Shown here: positions 17,241 through 20,000 of the stretch, in pieces
Layout of the letters: each line of letters starts with the position of its first letter
Numbering within the stretch: position 1 is the stretch's first letter
NCBI GenBank assembly: GCA_049999805.1
Contig: JBNGIO010006232.1
Span: 50,048 to 70,047 of the forward strand
Reading direction: 5' to 3'
Length of the DNA: 20,000 nt
Source of the DNA: Folioceros fuciformis
Taxonomy: Eukaryota
Made by a program: the position numbers and the translations under genes
The notes under the pieces: model-generated
Database searches by the model: none
What the model was told of the DNA's origin: nothing
What the model saw: only the letters and a program-made list of their open reading frames with translations

Positions 17241-17435
17241 ATTCAAGCCCAGCGTGAGTTCACTGCGGAGTTCATGGTACTGATCGTTAAGATTGGCGCT
17301 AGTTGCAGTAGTGCTAGAAAGTTTGGCGTTAAGTAGTGCCTAATAGGGCAGCGGGGGAAGTCGAAGAACCAGGGGGCGACAATGCCAGAAGTCCTAGTTC
17401 GAAACTGGGTGTTCGATCTCATCGAGGTATGTAAG
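17241..17435 (+). pseudogene. Possible pogo/Tc5-like transposase helix-turn-helix fragment
   Basis: QREFTAEFMVLIVKIGASCSSARKFGVK*CLIGQRGKSK..MPEVLVRNWVFDLIE resembles the BrkDBD-type pattern (yTaeFKl..v..aARKFGV) followed by a CENP-B-type helix. One internal stop; recognised by eye only. Confidence 0.35.
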
Positions 17436-19149
17436 TTTTGGGATGGGAACCCATTTGCAAAAAACATGGACCACCCGCCCTTGCATACTACATAGTTTGC
17501 AGGGGTTACACCCTGGGGTGCGGCGCCTGTATGATGGGACAACATCGAGCAGAAACTTGCAAGACATTGGATGAGAATTACCTTCCAGGATGCGGAGTAA
17601 TGGCACTCACGACGAACTTGCGAAACCTTGAAATAGATTCTTATGTGAAATATAACTACTATGGACATTTTACCGCCATCCATACTAGGCAAGAGAAGCA
17701 AGGTGATCGGTTGGACAAGAGGAGTTCTTACTGAAAAACCTACGGCAAACACTTAATGAGCGATGACTGGAAATTATGTTGCATCAATTGTTTCTTGAAA
17801 CAACTAGAGAATTGATAAGTTTTTCAAATCGACATCAGTCTAAAGTTTGAGAGATCTTCAAATGTATGTACTCCACTTATATGGTCTTCGGCACGGGGTG
17901 ACACCATGGGGTCACCCCAACAAACAGAAACTAAGGTTTTATGTCCAAAGTCCTTTGGTTTAGAATTGGTCTCAAATTTTTTTCCTCATAAATTAGTTTG
18001 TATTAGTCTAAATATGAAGTTTTCTAAGTGCAAGATTTGGTGTGCTTTCAGGAGATTACCTTCTTTGGTCTGATCAGAGAGCAAAATCGCTTCCTCACAA
18101 GGCCTTTGAGTACTAGGGTCTTGCATGGGGCCTCCAGCCTTTGAGTAAGGATTTTTGGACGTGGCCCTTGAGGAGGAGGACCTAGCACATGCAGATGATC
18201 TTGCCAATTTAGGGGACCAACATGTGGCTTTCAAGATTCTGTTCTCTTGTTTCGTACTACGTCCAAAGTACCTTCTTTGGACGGTCCCCCTCTTTGATAT
18301 GTCCAACAAGCTTTGATAACAGGACGATGCAGGTTTTTGGTGATACAATTAGCCATGGTACTTTTGAGTATGATGTAGGGGACCTTGCATCTCTTCTAAT
18401 CTTGTTTGGAGGCATTGGTTTTTTGGCACCAATTGCATTTATTGCGAGTTGCACCCTTTCGACTCGTATTTTGGCTTCCCCTTTACTCACTTGTGATGCC
18501 TACATTTTGGAATCTTTCATTCTTTGTATTGAGGAGGATGCGCTCCCTTTGCAAGTCTCCCGAAGATCAACTAGGGACTCTCTTTCTTCTACAACTAGGG
18601 TTGCTATGCCTTAATTTTCATCTCTTCTTGCGAGGGGAATATGGGGGCTCCAAGCTTCTTTTCTCAAGAAGAAATGTGAGCAGATGTAACTCAATCTTCT
18701 TAGGGATTCTTCTATCTCCAAGCCCATTCAGGCATGACTCTATTTGTGCGTAAGAAATAGCGTAGCTTCTTGGCTCTTGGCTCAACCTAGCATCTAGGCT
18801 TTCCAAATCGCACTAGCCACATTCTCTATTGCAATACAGTTTCACCTTGGTTTGGTCCAACCTTTGGTCTACTCTCTCTCCTCTTGACGTAGCCTATCAT
18901 GGTTTACCTCCCTCCCTAAGGGTATATGGGTTTTCCATTTTGTTCTTTCTAAAAGAAAATAAAACAAAACAAAAAAAAACCAAGGAACAACAAAATTGAT
19001 ATGCTTGTGCATCAATGTTACCATCAACTTAAGGTCCATAGTAGGCTCTACCACTAGCTAACTGACGAGCTCTCTACCACATTTCCTTCTTGACGTTTAG
19101 CCCTCCTAGGGAAACTTGTGATTACTTAGTTTCCCCACCACAGTCATAG

Positions 19150-19734
19150 TCACGGTGTCTTATTCGACCAAGACTCAAAAGCAACTTCTACTAGTACTAC
19201 TCTACGAGATCTAAAGGTAATTCCACCACAAGCAAAATCGAGAACACATGTTGTGTCATACAACCAAGGTGCGCCTATTAAGACGTTGAATCCTAGCTTT
19301 GAGGTTGCGCTAGGCTTGTCAACGATGTAATTCACATGAAAAGTCAATCAGCCAATCAATATCAAAACTTTCCTCAACACACCCAAAGCTTCTATTCGTG
19401 AATGATCTGGTTGCTGCAATTGTAGTCGAATCAAGTTGAAGTCGATGAATCCAAATCAGTTTGCAACCTCCTCCGTCATCGCATTCATTGAAGAGCCCAT
19501 GTCCGACACTACATTTGGTATGGTGCATCTTGCAACTTCAATTTTAATTTTGGGTACTTGCATATGAATCGATTCTAGCTTATTTACCTTCACCATTGCT
19601 TGAGTTTGAGTGTTTTCTTCATTCCCATCATGTGAAGACTGGTGATCCCATATTCTTGGCACCATACTGTGCACCTGCAACAACATCAAACTTTGTTGGA
19701 GCATCAAGAAGACATACTTGTTGAGGCCTTGCAA
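19150..19734 (-). mobile_element. Ty3/gypsy-like LTR-retrotransposon aspartic protease remnant
   Basis: One frame with stops: VPKIKIEVARCTIPNVVSDMGSSMNAMTEEVAN*FGF..LQQPDHSRIEALGVLRKVLILIG*LTFHVNYIV..GFNVLIGAPWL. This fits the retropepsin DxGSSxN and LLGRPWL motifs. Confidence 0.75.
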
Positions 19735-20000
19735 GGAGGATAAATTGTAACCTATGTGAAAGGCGGGATTGCCTTACATATATTGGCATACTTACGCAAT
19801 CCATTCGATAGAATGTTCCAACTTCCTAAACTTTCTTTAATATAAAAATAGAATAAAATCAAGGAGTAAAGCTTCTTTTTTCATATGCTCTATGGAAAAA
19901 AAAAGAGAATAAATCCTAATAAATTTAAAATAATATCTAAAACATAGTGTGTGTATATATTTTTGTATATTATTTATTTATTTATTTATCATTAGGCGTA

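Larger units (their letters stand above)
13681..17931. mobile_element. Decayed PIF/Harbinger DNA transposon (~4.25 kb)
   Basis: Flanked by TAA on both sides (13678-13680, 17932-17934), the established PIF/Harbinger target duplication. Contains a Harbinger transposase pseudogene. Its ends match the two ends of the adjacent mini element. The boundaries are inferred. Confidence 0.6.

Noticed and set aside
17986-18806. ORF fragments including KCNWCQKTNASKQD as a gag zinc knuckle
   Set aside because: The His and last Cys of CCHC are missing, and the segment lies downstream of the protease, the wrong order for gag. It is probably decayed TE sequence, but I cannot assign it.

Overview
Eukaryotic, plant-like nuclear DNA with short GT-AG introns (mostly ~70-150 nt; a compact non-seed land plant genome is my inference, not proven). 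The left 13.4 kb holds four intron-containing genes, all on the minus strand: (1) the 5' part of a mitochondrial carrier (SLC25/UCP-like), (2) an 11-exon coiled-coil + WD40 protein, (3) an 11-exon UMP-CMP kinase and (4) a peroxisomal-type citrate synthase with a variant PTS2. The standout is gene 3: its last kinase exon splices in frame to two exons encoding a well-conserved CaMKII association (hub) domain, and its N-terminus looks like a bipartite mitochondrial targeting signal. The right 6.4 kb is decayed transposon sequence: a ~4.25 kb PIF/Harbinger element bounded by TAA with a pseudogenised transposase, a 48-bp mini-derivative in tandem, a possible pogo-like HTH fragment and a Ty3/gypsy-like protease remnant. 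There are two assembly gaps (13146-13245, 16739-16748). All gene models were spliced and translated by hand; no database search was run.
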